From a virus, in the IMG/VR virus record IMGVR_UViG_3300032397_000003, positions 91,574-155,573 of that record: a DNA stretch of 64,000 nt; one strand, 5' to 3'. The notes beneath the pieces are model-generated. The model was not told the DNA's origin, made no database searches, and saw only the letters and a list, made by a program, of their open reading frames with translations. Position numbers and translations under genes: made by a program. Every line of letters starts with the position of its first letter. The stretch's first letter is position 1. Of the stretch, positions 19,351 through 28,670 are shown piece after piece.

Positions 19351-20407
19351 CCCTAAGTAACCTCTTGTCTGATTCACCACACAAAGGACAAACTAATTCT
19401 GCCTCTGAGTTTAAACCAAACTCTATATTTTCAAATAAATCCTCTATGTTGCGCATTGTCTTTCTTTTAATGCCATTTTTAAATTCTTCATATTTCTGGT
19501 CATCTGAAAGAACAACATTATTTTTAGTTATAAGCATCATCGATTTTGCATATAATACTAAATCTTTTCCTTGCGCCTCTTTAAGAGCATTTATTTCATC
19601 TTCTTTCTTTTGTTTTAATTCGTGTAGAGGAACATTAGCTTCTCTTCTATTCTGAATATTCTTAATTTTTGAACCATATAACTTATCAGAAAACTTTTTA
19701 GCTTTAAGTACATCTTCAAGTCTTGGATATCTAATTGTATACAAAGCACCATCAGCCAATATAGTAAAAGGTTCTTTAACTTTTATCGTAGCTACTTCCA
19801 CTTCTCTTGTATGTAAATCAATATCATCTAATGGGTTATTTTTATATTTTCTTAATAGAAATTGTTTGAATTCATCATCAGACATTTCAGCAAATCTACT
19901 CGCCATATAAGCTCTCATTTCTTCATCAACTTGCTCCATAGACTTAAAAGTTAAATCAGAAAGTTCTATTATGTATTCATTTACTACTCTGTCTTTATCA
20001 CTTTTTTCAGATTGACATTGACATATCCAATAATGAATATGAGTATTACCTTCATATTGTTGTTTGATAGCTATTAGAGTTTCAAGTATATCTTCTGCTG
20101 TCATATCTTTAATATTGAAATCCGGTTCATTTCTTTTTAAATCATTAAGAATGACTACAAGATTTTCTAGAAGGTTATCTTGAGTTGATAATTCAATATC
20201 ATTAATATGTTTACCATTAAAGTCATCAAAATATAAAGTAGGAGGAGTAGCAAATCTTCCCTGTGATTCATAATCTATTTTTACAAACCCCGCAGTATTT
20301 TGAAATTCATCTTCTTTTTCCATATCAGCTTCTAGATTCTTTTTTTCTAAAGTCTGACTTCTTCTTCTTGCAACTTCTTCTGGTTTGAGAATAAGTGGTT
20401 CTGTCAT
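19235..20407 (-). CDS. tail/baseplate hub assembly chaperone (gp26-like)
   Basis: CQC and CPLC Zn motifs, IRYPRLED; upstream of the tape measure gene. Confidence 0.65.
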   Translation of the reverse strand: MTEPLILKPEEVARRRSQTLEKKNLEADMEKEDEFQNTAGFVKIDYESQGRFATPPTLYFDDFNGKHINDIELSTQDNLLENLVVILNDLKRNEPDFNIKDMTAEDILETLIAIKQQYEGNTHIHYWICQCQSEKSDKDRVVNEYIIELSDLTFKSMEQVDEEMRAYMASRFAEMSDDEFKQFLLRKYKNNPLDDIDLHTREVEVATIKVKEPFTILADGALYTIRYPRLEDVLKAKKFSDKLYGSKIKNIQNRREANVPLHELKQKKEDEINALKEAQGKDLVLYAKSMMLITKNNVVLSDDQKYEEFKNGIKRKTMRNIEDLFENIEFGLNSEAELVCPLCGESDKRLLRDVIDPRQLLPLNYRKQHTGDVTERKPKFNSGLDIYFGI

Positions 20408-20454
20408 TAGTCTTCTCCTGTAAGTTTATAAAAACTTTTTATTAGTATGTAAAG

Positions 20455-21099
20455 TTAAAGAGCAGATGTACCCTGGGATAATCTAATATTATCACAAGTA
20501 AACTCAGCAGTAATTATTTCATTTTCTCCTGAAGCATGGTCATATCCTATGCCTGTTACATTTTTAAACTTCATTCCATCTATTTTTATCCATTCAGGAG
20601 AAGGTAACATATCAGGTTGCATTGGAATTATAATAGCAGTTTTTTTACTAGCGTCTTGATCATCTTTAAATAAATAATCACCCCTTAAATTTTTAAATCC
20701 AAGTGAGCTTCCTTTAGAAAATGTTACAATCTCTTCTTCCCATTTTCTAAAATATCCTTTAACGTTACCAAAACTATTTTCTAGAAAAGTACAACTAAAA
20801 GTATCAGTATAAACTAAATCTTTTAGAAATTGTCTACCACCACTTCTTTGATATTCAAATCCAGTTAATGGGATATCATTTATAGCATATAGATTAACTC
20901 TCATCATAATGGTATCTAAAACTGATAAAGCTATACCACCCGGAGTTTTTGGAAATGTTTCTGGATAAATAAGCATTTCAAATAAACATTTATGTTGAAG
21001 TGAGAAAGTAGATGCTAAAGCTATATCAGCTTCATTTAGAATAGCTGCAGCATCTACTACAGACTTATAACCATTTATAACACTATTAGCAATAGCCAT
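20455..21099 (-). CDS. tail tube-like protein (gp54/gp19 paralog)
   Basis: FSCTFLE, YFRKW and ITAEFTCD tube-fold pattern; adjacent to the tube gene. Confidence 0.55.
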   Translation of the reverse strand: MAIANSVINGYKSVVDAAAILNEADIALASTFSLQHKCLFEMLIYPETFPKTPGGIALSVLDTIMMRVNLYAINDIPLTGFEYQRSGGRQFLKDLVYTDTFSCTFLENSFGNVKGYFRKWEEEIVTFSKGSSLGFKNLRGDYLFKDDQDASKKTAIIIPMQPDMLPSPEWIKIDGMKFKNVTGIGYDHASGENEIITAEFTCDNIRLSQGTSAL

Positions 21100-21106
21100 A
21101 TTATAA

Positions 21107-21619
21107 TTACTCTACAGTCATTACAACATATATGAATATAACAGTTATTCTTAATGGATCACCTGATTGGTTATCAAATGTTTGAATCTTAACAGATTTA
21201 GGTTTAGCATATTTAAAACTAATAGTTTTTACACCTGATTGAGTTCTATCTTCTGCTTGTACTATCACTGTTGATCTTGCCATTATTTCTGGAAGAGCTG
21301 TACCATTAGAATGATCGTAAGACATATCAGACCATTTTCTAATATCATCATATACTTTCCATGCTTGATCAAGTCTTATATCAATTGTAAATTCTTTTGT
21401 AGTTTCTTGTAACATACCTGTCTTAGGAATTTTAAATCCTTTTCTGAATATCTCATATACGTTTACTACATCTTCAGGTGGATCGAAAGTTTGATCACAT
21501 CTTAAAGATATTGCATTAGCATCACCACCACCTGGAATACCATTTGGAAATATAATTGAGAACTGCGATGCTAGGGCGTCGTCTCCAAGAGAGAGTATTT
21601 GATCTGTTGAAATCGCCAT
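21107..21619 (-). CDS. tail tube protein (gp19-like)
   Basis: Follows the sheath gene; FTIDIRLD..VYDDIRKW, ITVIFIY. Confidence 0.75.
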   Translation of the reverse strand: MAISTDQILSLGDDALASQFSIIFPNGIPGGGDANAISLRCDQTFDPPEDVVNVYEIFRKGFKIPKTGMLQETTKEFTIDIRLDQAWKVYDDIRKWSDMSYDHSNGTALPEIMARSTVIVQAEDRTQSGVKTISFKYAKPKSVKIQTFDNQSGDPLRITVIFIYVVMTVE

Positions 21620-21656
21620 TTATTTTACCTCTTTATTTATCTAAATTATTCTAATA

Positions 21657-21685
21657 TTAGTAAGGGAATATTTCATCCCTTACTA
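21657..21685 (-). terminator. hairpin between sheath and tube genes, overlapping a late motif
   Basis: TTAGTAAGGG...CCCTTACTAA inverted repeat. Confidence 0.5.
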
Positions 21686-21693
21686 AAATTTTA

Positions 21694-23844
21694 TTAAGCC
21701 GTTAAACTTTCAATTGAAATATTTTGCCCTATTCTAGTAAGTCTTAAAATAACCCACTGAGAATTTGGGGTGATCTGGCAATAAAAATCTAGGACGAACT
21801 GACGATTATTTAAAACAGTATTGGTATTATTTGTAGCGTCGCAAATAATTTTGTAGGCTCTAATCCATCCATTTGCCTTGATAGGTTCTACAAATTCTTC
21901 TGTTTGAACCTTAGCCATCATTCTATGAAGAGGATCGTTGATTTTAAATTCTTGTTTTCTAAGTATTTGCTTTGTAATAACTTCTATCATATACTTATAA
22001 ACTCTTCTTGTACCAACAAAACTTGTATCACTATTTGTTACTTGTAGAGTTTGATCTCCATAACACATAAGACCATAAGCCTGATCTAGTATAATAGGGT
22101 TGATTTGATTATTGTAGAATGAATCAAGCTCTGCTTGGGTATAATCAATTTCAACTTCTTTAACTACCCAATCATTTAACTGACCACCATGATTACTTTC
22201 ATCTAATCCTGCTGGAGATGCAGCATCATAAACATCTGACATATAAGCAAACTTTTTACCAACTGAACCAACATTTGAAATCCATGCAAAACTATTATTA
22301 TAATCATCTTGAATTTTTGCCCAGTTGTGATAAAGTCCTACATCATCAGTATCAAGAGCTAAACTTGATCTAAACGCTAATGCTTGAGAAGCACTTGCTC
22401 CAAGAGGAACACATGTAATACCTTGACCCCATACTTGATAAGTTTGAATAAGGGTATTTATAGTATTTGCATGAGTACCATAACAATCCATAAATATTTT
22501 AGCTTTATACTTATTAGCATATTGGAATTGATTCCATGCCGTAGTAAAATCACCTGTTACAGGATCATTACCTCTAGAACCACCTGTAAATGCTATTACT
22601 GCTGAATTAACTGTATAAGGAGTTGCTGTATAAGCAGGATTTAATTTAAAAGTTACATAAGGATTTTCATCAAATACATCTACATAATAAAGAGACTTTC
22701 CAAACGCATCTTTCTCATTTATAAGTGAATAATTATATGCTTGTATAAGTGAATTACCCGTTGATCCCACTTTGTAAAGAGTAAGAGTAAATTTACTTCC
22801 TGATACATAAGCAACTGAAGCTGCTAGATCATCTGTATAAGGAGAAGTGGTAAAGAAACTATGGGATACGGTGGTTGAAGTATCTGCTGTATAACGATAA
22901 TCAAAAGTTACTGCTCGTCCATATTGAGGAATAGATAAAGTTGGATTTGTTCCTGTACTTGCAAGACTTGTACCACCAGAACTAAATACTGCTGTTAATG
23001 CAGAATCTCCTGTAGCTGGATCACTTACTGTTATATTACCAGATGTACTTCCATTTCTTCCTACTATGTTTATAAAGTTCCCCGAAACTGAAGCTGCAGT
23101 ATAACCAAATGCTACATTTATAGCTGATATAACTGCTGTTCTTAAAGTTGTTGCAGATTGCCCTAGATTAAGAGTTTGTATTGAACCATCTATAATAATT
23201 TTAATATACTTATCTGTTGATCCAACACTTAAATTATAACTTGATGCTCCATTTACATCTGTAGTTACTGTAGCATAACTTCCAGCTACTCCTGCAAAAG
23301 TAAGAGAGAATACCCCTGTTGCTAAAGTTACTGAACCTGCTGTAATATCTGCTCCAGACAATGCACCACCTGTAGCCATAGTAACTGTTTTTTCAATTCC
23401 ATTAACTTTTACTTTAAAGTTAGGTTCATCTGATACTGGAATATTTGTTATTGTTCCTGAGAATGTAGCGGTTACTCCATTTCCTGTTCCTACTGCATGA
23501 GTAGCTCCTTTAGCAGTTGATCCATAGCTAAAAGTAGAAGGGGTTCTTCCTACTCCAAAAGCAGTTACTGTTGCTTTCCCTACATCAATTCCACCATAGG
23601 CTGAATTTGTTCCTATTGCAGAAGCTACCCATAAAGGTGCTCTTCTTGTAAATGCAATAGCTTCAAAAACACCTGGATAGGATGCTGAAGGTGTTCCAAG
23701 CTCTCTTAAACAATCCTCTTCAGATTGAAGATACATTGGAGTTGATTTTCCTTTAGCCGAATTTAAAACCATAGCCCCTGTCTCATCAACAAGAGTATTT
23801 ATAAATCCACTCAAATCGCGCTCTAAAACTTGCGTTCTACTCAT
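21694..23844 (-). CDS. tail sheath protein (gp18-like)
   Basis: SPAG, QINPI, GDQTLQ, VGTRR, EFKIND, IICDATNNT motifs. Confidence 0.92.
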   Translation of the reverse strand: MSRTQVLERDLSGFINTLVDETGAMVLNSAKGKSTPMYLQSEEDCLRELGTPSASYPGVFEAIAFTRRAPLWVASAIGTNSAYGGIDVGKATVTAFGVGRTPSTFSYGSTAKGATHAVGTGNGVTATFSGTITNIPVSDEPNFKVKVNGIEKTVTMATGGALSGADITAGSVTLATGVFSLTFAGVAGSYATVTTDVNGASSYNLSVGSTDKYIKIIIDGSIQTLNLGQSATTLRTAVISAINVAFGYTAASVSGNFINIVGRNGSTSGNITVSDPATGDSALTAVFSSGGTSLASTGTNPTLSIPQYGRAVTFDYRYTADTSTTVSHSFFTTSPYTDDLAASVAYVSGSKFTLTLYKVGSTGNSLIQAYNYSLINEKDAFGKSLYYVDVFDENPYVTFKLNPAYTATPYTVNSAVIAFTGGSRGNDPVTGDFTTAWNQFQYANKYKAKIFMDCYGTHANTINTLIQTYQVWGQGITCVPLGASASQALAFRSSLALDTDDVGLYHNWAKIQDDYNNSFAWISNVGSVGKKFAYMSDVYDAASPAGLDESNHGGQLNDWVVKEVEIDYTQAELDSFYNNQINPIILDQAYGLMCYGDQTLQVTNSDTSFVGTRRVYKYMIEVITKQILRKQEFKINDPLHRMMAKVQTEEFVEPIKANGWIRAYKIICDATNNTNTVLNNRQFVLDFYCQITPNSQWVILRLTRIGQNISIESLTA

Positions 23845-23899
23845 TATTTTGTATACCTCTGTGTAATCATAATTTCCCTTTTTCCATAAATTTCATTTA

Positions 23900-23939
23900 T
23901 TATTAGTAAAAAATTTTTAAAGAAAATAATTACTAATAA
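23900..23939. promoter_or_regulatory. back-to-back late motifs TTATTAGTA-N22-TACTAATAA
   Basis: Divergent copies between the sheath gene and the plus-strand island; same geometry at 47527-47566. Confidence 0.55.
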
Positions 23940-24088
23940 TAAATGAAAATAAAGGAGTTGTGTATTATGGGAGTATTTTTAATAAGTTTAGCTATTTCTG
24001 CATTTATAACCTATATAAAGGAAGAAATGAGAGAGGATTTTTATTGTCGATTTTTTTACACTTTTTTAGTAATTTTTTTAATAAAAAG

Positions 24089-24117
24089 TTTAACTTTTTA
24101 AGTTTTTTCTATATATT
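24089..24117 (+). promoter_or_regulatory. class II promoter
   Basis: TTTAAC-N17-TATATT with TTCTA. Confidence 0.7.
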
Positions 24118-24152
24118 ATAATTATAGAAAGAAATTAAAAAAGGAGTAAATT

Positions 24153-24528
24153 GTGACTAAAGAGCATAAATCAGTATTTGACTATGGAAGATTGTATGAG
24201 ATGTCTAATCTCTTTCCAGAAGATACTGGTTTAAAATTTAAAATTTAAAGTTTGGATTTCAACTAAATCTGGTAGAGAGGGATATAATGCTAGAATTAAA
24301 ATCTCTAATGCAGAGGGTACAGCATCAGTTATGATATGGGGAACCCCTAAAATTAAAGATACAAAAGGTAAGATAACTATTACAGGAAATGACTTGAAAG
24401 ATATAGTTAAATTTGTAGAATTAAATAGGGAAGAACTTTTAAAGCATTGGGGAGGGGAAACAAGCAGTAAACAATTTACAAATGCAATTAAGTCTATTAA
24501 AAAAAATAAAAAAGGAGAAATAAGATGA
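24153..24528 (+). pseudogene. frameshifted DUF4160-like (EMANL family) gene
   Basis: GTG 24153 with AAGGAG RBS reads ...LYEMSNLFPEDTGLKFKI* ; removing one TTTAAAA unit (24230-24250) gives a 122-aa ORF continuing KVWISTKSGREGYNARIK into the 24331 ORF, homologous to 49996 and 53819. Confidence 0.85.
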
Positions 24529-24926
24529 AAAAATTAGTAATGAGTACAGTATTGATGTTTATAGTAGTAGTTGGTTATGCAAAAGAAGTAAGTATATTAG
24601 ATGTAGATTACATAACAAGTTGGAAATTGTTGGGGATGTCTACATGGGGTAGTGATGAATATACAAATGGAGATATGAGAATAGCGGCAGTAATAGAAGC
24701 CGATCAAATTACTCTTGTAGGTATTGATGATATACCCCAAAAGATTAAAGAAGTGACTACAGCCATTGATGAAGAGGGTCTTAAAGTAACAACTATTAAA
24801 ATGGAAGGTAATAAATTCTATTATACTATTAAGCGAATCAGCTCAAATTCCATTATGTTTAAATTGATATTTGTTAAAAGTGGTAACGAGAGATTAAGAT
24901 ATATTCTGGGTAATGAAGAGCAGTAA
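24525..24926 (+). CDS. exported hypothetical protein
   Basis: Sec signal peptide (MKKLVMSTVLMFIVVVGYA). Confidence 0.6.
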   Translation: MKKLVMSTVLMFIVVVGYAKEVSILDVDYITSWKLLGMSTWGSDEYTNGDMRIAAVIEADQITLVGIDDIPQKIKEVTTAIDEEGLKVTTIKMEGNKFYYTIKRISSNSIMFKLIFVKSGNERLRYILGNEEQ

Positions 24927-25025
24927 TCGAATATGAAATAGAAAAATCTGAGAGAAAAATAGTTTAATTCTCTCAGATATTTCTATTTTATGATACATAA
25001 AAAATTTAAAAAACGGAGGATTTAA

Positions 25026-26396
25026 ATGAACAGTTTAAAAAGTTTAATTTGTATGGTTATTCTATCTGCATTTGTAGCATGTTCAGGAGGAGGTTCTGGG
25101 GAATCAACAGTAACTTATGTAAATAATACCCCAATAGTAGATACCGGTACTCCGGTAACTTTTCAAGGTACAATCGAAAAAGGGGCATTGCAAAGAGGGT
25201 CTAGAGTTATTGCATCAGAATGGAATGTATTAACTGGTTATTCGGGACTATGCTTTAAAACATATACCACTGATGATAAAGGAAGTTACACAATTAAAAG
25301 TTCTAAAATAAAGGATATGATAGATGTTGAAGCAGAGGGATATTTTTTTAACGAAAACGATGCTTCTACGAACAATAAAATTATATTATATGGTTTACTA
25401 GACAGTAATAAAGCAACTTGGAATATCAATATTTTAACTCATATTATAAGATATAGAGTTATAAAACTTTTAGAGGATGATGTTGATTTTGATGATGCAG
25501 TTACAAGTGCTGTTACCTCACTTTATAATAATTTAGGATGGGGAGTTGTAGATCCCTCTTTAATAAATGCAGTTGACAATCCACAATTATTATTTCTATC
25601 TAGTGCTATATGTAAAAATAGAACAGCTTCAGAAGTATCTAAACTATTAACTGATTTATCTTTAGACTTAGAGGATGGAAATATAGATATATCTATGCTT
25701 AATTCTTCTTTCGCTCTAGTGAATACAGCAACAGTAACTTCTAATATCATTGCAAAATATGGTAGTTGTCCTAATCTTGCAAATGTTAAATCTCAAGTAT
25801 TAGCTCAAAGAGGATTAGTGGATATAACCATTAAAATATTTACTGCTTCACCTATACCTTACTCTGGGGTAGATTGGTATATAAGAAATGCATCGAGTAT
25901 AATGTATATGAAAGATAATAAATTAGATAGTTTAGCCTCACTCCAGGTATCTATGTCTCATCTTGGAGTAACTACGAATAATATATCTAATAATATTCTA
26001 GAATTTTTTAGTATTACGGTTGATGGAGTAAAAACACTTTATTTTTCTCTGGGTTTTGAATCTAATAATATTATTAAACACTATAAGCAAGTAAATGGTA
26101 TTGTTACCGAGATATCTAGTTTACCTACAAAGCCTGTACCGGTTATTCAAACCCTTAATAATGGATTTTATAATTATTCAAATCCTAATCTATTAGATAG
26201 TAATTCCCATAGTTGGAACATAGGTACTTTATATGGATATAAGATATGTGAGGACTTTATTGAAGGTACGCTTCATAGAGGAAAAACAATATTTGTAGAA
26301 CAAGGAGCTGCGGGTATAAAAATATTAGGTTCTTATTGTGACTATACAGCAGATGGGGGATTTTTATATGGCACCTCTAACGCTAGATTTTGGTAA
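25026..26396 (+). CDS. lipoprotein
   Basis: Lipobox FVAC followed by SGGGSG; GTIEKG..GS.V, VEAEGYFFNE and NINILTHI motifs resemble the N-terminal region of Fibrobacter-type surface lipoproteins (by eye). Confidence 0.7.
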   Translation: MNSLKSLICMVILSAFVACSGGGSGESTVTYVNNTPIVDTGTPVTFQGTIEKGALQRGSRVIASEWNVLTGYSGLCFKTYTTDDKGSYTIKSSKIKDMIDVEAEGYFFNENDASTNNKIILYGLLDSNKATWNINILTHIIRYRVIKLLEDDVDFDDAVTSAVTSLYNNLGWGVVDPSLINAVDNPQLLFLSSAICKNRTASEVSKLLTDLSLDLEDGNIDISMLNSSFALVNTATVTSNIIAKYGSCPNLANVKSQVLAQRGLVDITIKIFTASPIPYSGVDWYIRNASSIMYMKDNKLDSLASLQVSMSHLGVTTNNISNNILEFFSITVDGVKTLYFSLGFESNNIIKHYKQVNGIVTEISSLPTKPVPVIQTLNNGFYNYSNPNLLDSNSHSWNIGTLYGYKICEDFIEGTLHRGKTIFVEQGAAGIKILGSYCDYTADGGFLYGTSNARFW

Positions 26397-26411
26397 TAAT
26401 TTTTAAAACAG

Positions 26412-26447
26412 AAAGTTTGGAAGAATTAAATTATTCTTCCAAACTTT
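26412..26447 (+). terminator. 15-bp perfect inverted repeat (terminator overlapping the next promoter)
   Basis: AAAGTTTGGAAGAAT / ATTCTTCCAAACTTT. Confidence 0.6.
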
Positions 26448-26576
26448 TCTATATAATTAAATAAGGAGAAATAGAATGACAAGACAGGAAAGAATTCAAG
26501 AGATTAAGAAACAAATTCCTAATACTATTAAAAATCCTGAAGTGATTGAAAAAGTAGCTGAAATAATAATGAAGCA

Positions 26577-27167
26577 ATGGGGAATGTAATGAAGTATATT
26601 TTTCAAGATATAAGGGACTGGTTACTTATAGAACCTTTTAAATTAAGTTATTTTACTTATATTTTCAGAAGACCTTATTACAGATGGCAATTATTTAAAA
26701 GATTCTGTAAAACTCCTTATTATGGATGTTGGGAATTATGTAATCCTATATTTGATTATTCATTTGAAATACTCTGCGAGTTCTACGAAAACTACGAAGA
26801 TAAAATTAAGTACCGTTGGAATATAGATGAAGCTAATGAGTATGAAAAAGAAATGATTATATATCAGAATAAAGCTAATGAGGAACTAGAATATCTTTAT
26901 AATTGGTATACAGTAACAAGACCAAGAAGAGAAGAAGAAATAGAGTACTTACTACATACATGGTGTGAACACCATGTTAGTTGGTGGGATAGATGCCAAG
27001 ATGAAACAGATAACGAAAAAGGTATGAGACAGTACTATTCTAATCCTAATAACAAGTATGCTGATTATTTACATAAAATGATGAATGAGGAAGAAACTCA
27101 GTTTGAACAAGAAAAAGAAGATAATCTAATCAGATTGATAAAATTAAGAAATAGGTTATGGGATTAA
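26577..27167 (+). CDS. hypothetical protein
   Basis: Aromatic-rich ORF ending LIKLRNRLWD. Confidence 0.6.
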   Translation: MGNVMKYIFQDIRDWLLIEPFKLSYFTYIFRRPYYRWQLFKRFCKTPYYGCWELCNPIFDYSFEILCEFYENYEDKIKYRWNIDEANEYEKEMIIYQNKANEELEYLYNWYTVTRPRREEEIEYLLHTWCEHHVSWWDRCQDETDNEKGMRQYYSNPNNKYADYLHKMMNEEETQFEQEKEDNLIRLIKLRNRLWD

Positions 27168-27197
27168 GAATTTTAAATTTATAAGGAGAGAATAAAT

Positions 27198-28541
27198 ATG
27201 AAGCTATCGGTGCAAGGAAATCCAAACTACTGTGCTACTATTGTAGCAATAGATAATGTAATAGAACTTGAGAATTGTCAAAATATTCAAGGAACTATTA
27301 TACAAGGTTGTCATGTAATTGTAAGTAAGGAAGTAAAGGTTGGTGATGTGGGGGTTTTCTTCCCTACAGAATGTTCTATCAAAGATATTTTTCTTAAAGC
27401 TAATAATCTTTACAGAGATAAAGAATTAAATACTGATAAAGAGAAAGCAGGGTTCTTTGAGTTAAATGGTAGAGTTCGTTGTATGAAGCTTAGAGGATTT
27501 AAGTCTGATGGATTCTTTATGCCTATGCATAGTTTAGCTAGCATTCCCGATATTAAAAATAATTTTGAGAAATATGTAGCCTCTGCTTCTATACCTATTG
27601 GAACAGACTTTGATCATATTGATGGACAAATGATTTGTGAGAAGTATATAATTAAATCTAAAACTCAAGGAGCACCAAATTCTAAAAAAGATAAAAAGAG
27701 TCTTAAAGTAAAAAGATTTAATAAACTCCGAGATGACATCTTTCGCTTCCACATCGATACTGCCCAGCTTGCAAAGAATATGCTTATGATAAATCCTGAT
27801 GACATAATTTCCATAACAGAAAAAGTTCATGGTACCTCGGCCATCGCATCTTATATTCTATGTAATAGAAAACTTACATGGAAAGATAAACTCGCTAAAC
27901 TTATTGGAGCTAAAGTAAATGAATTTGAATACGACCACATCTGGAGTTCCAGAAGAGTCATAAAAAATCAGTATTTATACGAAGATAAGTTGACTCATTT
28001 CTACTCAGAAGATATTTGGAAAACTGGAATGGACGAGCTTAAACCCTTTATCCAAAAAGATATGACAATCTATTATGAAATCGTTGGGTACTTATCAGAA
28101 GGGAAAATGATTCAAGGTCAATTTGATTATGGATGTCAAGTAGGCAAGCATGAGAAATATGTATACCGTATCACAACGACCAATGAAAGTGGGGTAGCTT
28201 TTGAATGGAGTATGAAGCAAGTTCAGGATTGGTGTAAACAGAATGGATTAAAAGCTGTTCCTCTTCATTACTATGGATATGCTAAAGACTTGTTTAAGGA
28301 TATTAGTGTTGAGAATCACTGGCATGAGAATTTTCTATCTAAACTACAGGACACTTATCTTGAAAAGAAATGTACTATGTGTCGTAATGATGTACCGGCA
28401 GAGGGAATCTGTTTAAGAAAGGAATCGCTCGACATTGAAGTCTGGAAATTAAAATCGTTTGCTTTCAGAGCTATGGAGACAAAAGAGATGGATTCTGGTA
28501 ATGAGAATATAGAAGACTCTCAAGAAATAGATGCTGTATAA
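27198..28541 (+). CDS. RNA ligase (Rnl2/DRB0094-like) with N-terminal OB domain
   Basis: TEKVHGTS (motif I), YYEIVG, AEGICLR, KLKS; N-terminal VKVGDVGVFF and LRGFKSDG. Confidence 0.85.
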   Translation: MKLSVQGNPNYCATIVAIDNVIELENCQNIQGTIIQGCHVIVSKEVKVGDVGVFFPTECSIKDIFLKANNLYRDKELNTDKEKAGFFELNGRVRCMKLRGFKSDGFFMPMHSLASIPDIKNNFEKYVASASIPIGTDFDHIDGQMICEKYIIKSKTQGAPNSKKDKKSLKVKRFNKLRDDIFRFHIDTAQLAKNMLMINPDDIISITEKVHGTSAIASYILCNRKLTWKDKLAKLIGAKVNEFEYDHIWSSRRVIKNQYLYEDKLTHFYSEDIWKTGMDELKPFIQKDMTIYYEIVGYLSEGKMIQGQFDYGCQVGKHEKYVYRITTTNESGVAFEWSMKQVQDWCKQNGLKAVPLHYYGYAKDLFKDISVENHWHENFLSKLQDTYLEKKCTMCRNDVPAEGICLRKESLDIEVWKLKSFAFRAMETKEMDSGNENIEDSQEIDAV

Positions 28542-28557
28542 GACTTCTTACTAAAAA

Positions 28558-28648
28558 TAATAATTCGCTCTGGTTATGAAAGAAATAAACAATATCGGCG
28601 TTGAGTCTACTGATTGCATTCATGACTCTTTTCCGAAGCGGATTATTA
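28558..28648 (+). ncRNA. candidate structured 5' leader RNA of the glycosylation operon
   Basis: Nested stems TAATAATTCGCT/AGCGGATTATTA, GGTTATGAA/TTCATGACT and ATCGG/CTGAT; locally GC-richer intergenic DNA. Confidence 0.45.
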
Positions 28649-28670
28649 AAAAATTTAAAGGATAAAATAA

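Noticed and set aside
24331-24528. Independent 65-aa gene
   Set aside because: It is the 3' half of the frameshifted gene starting at 24153 and has no RBS of its own
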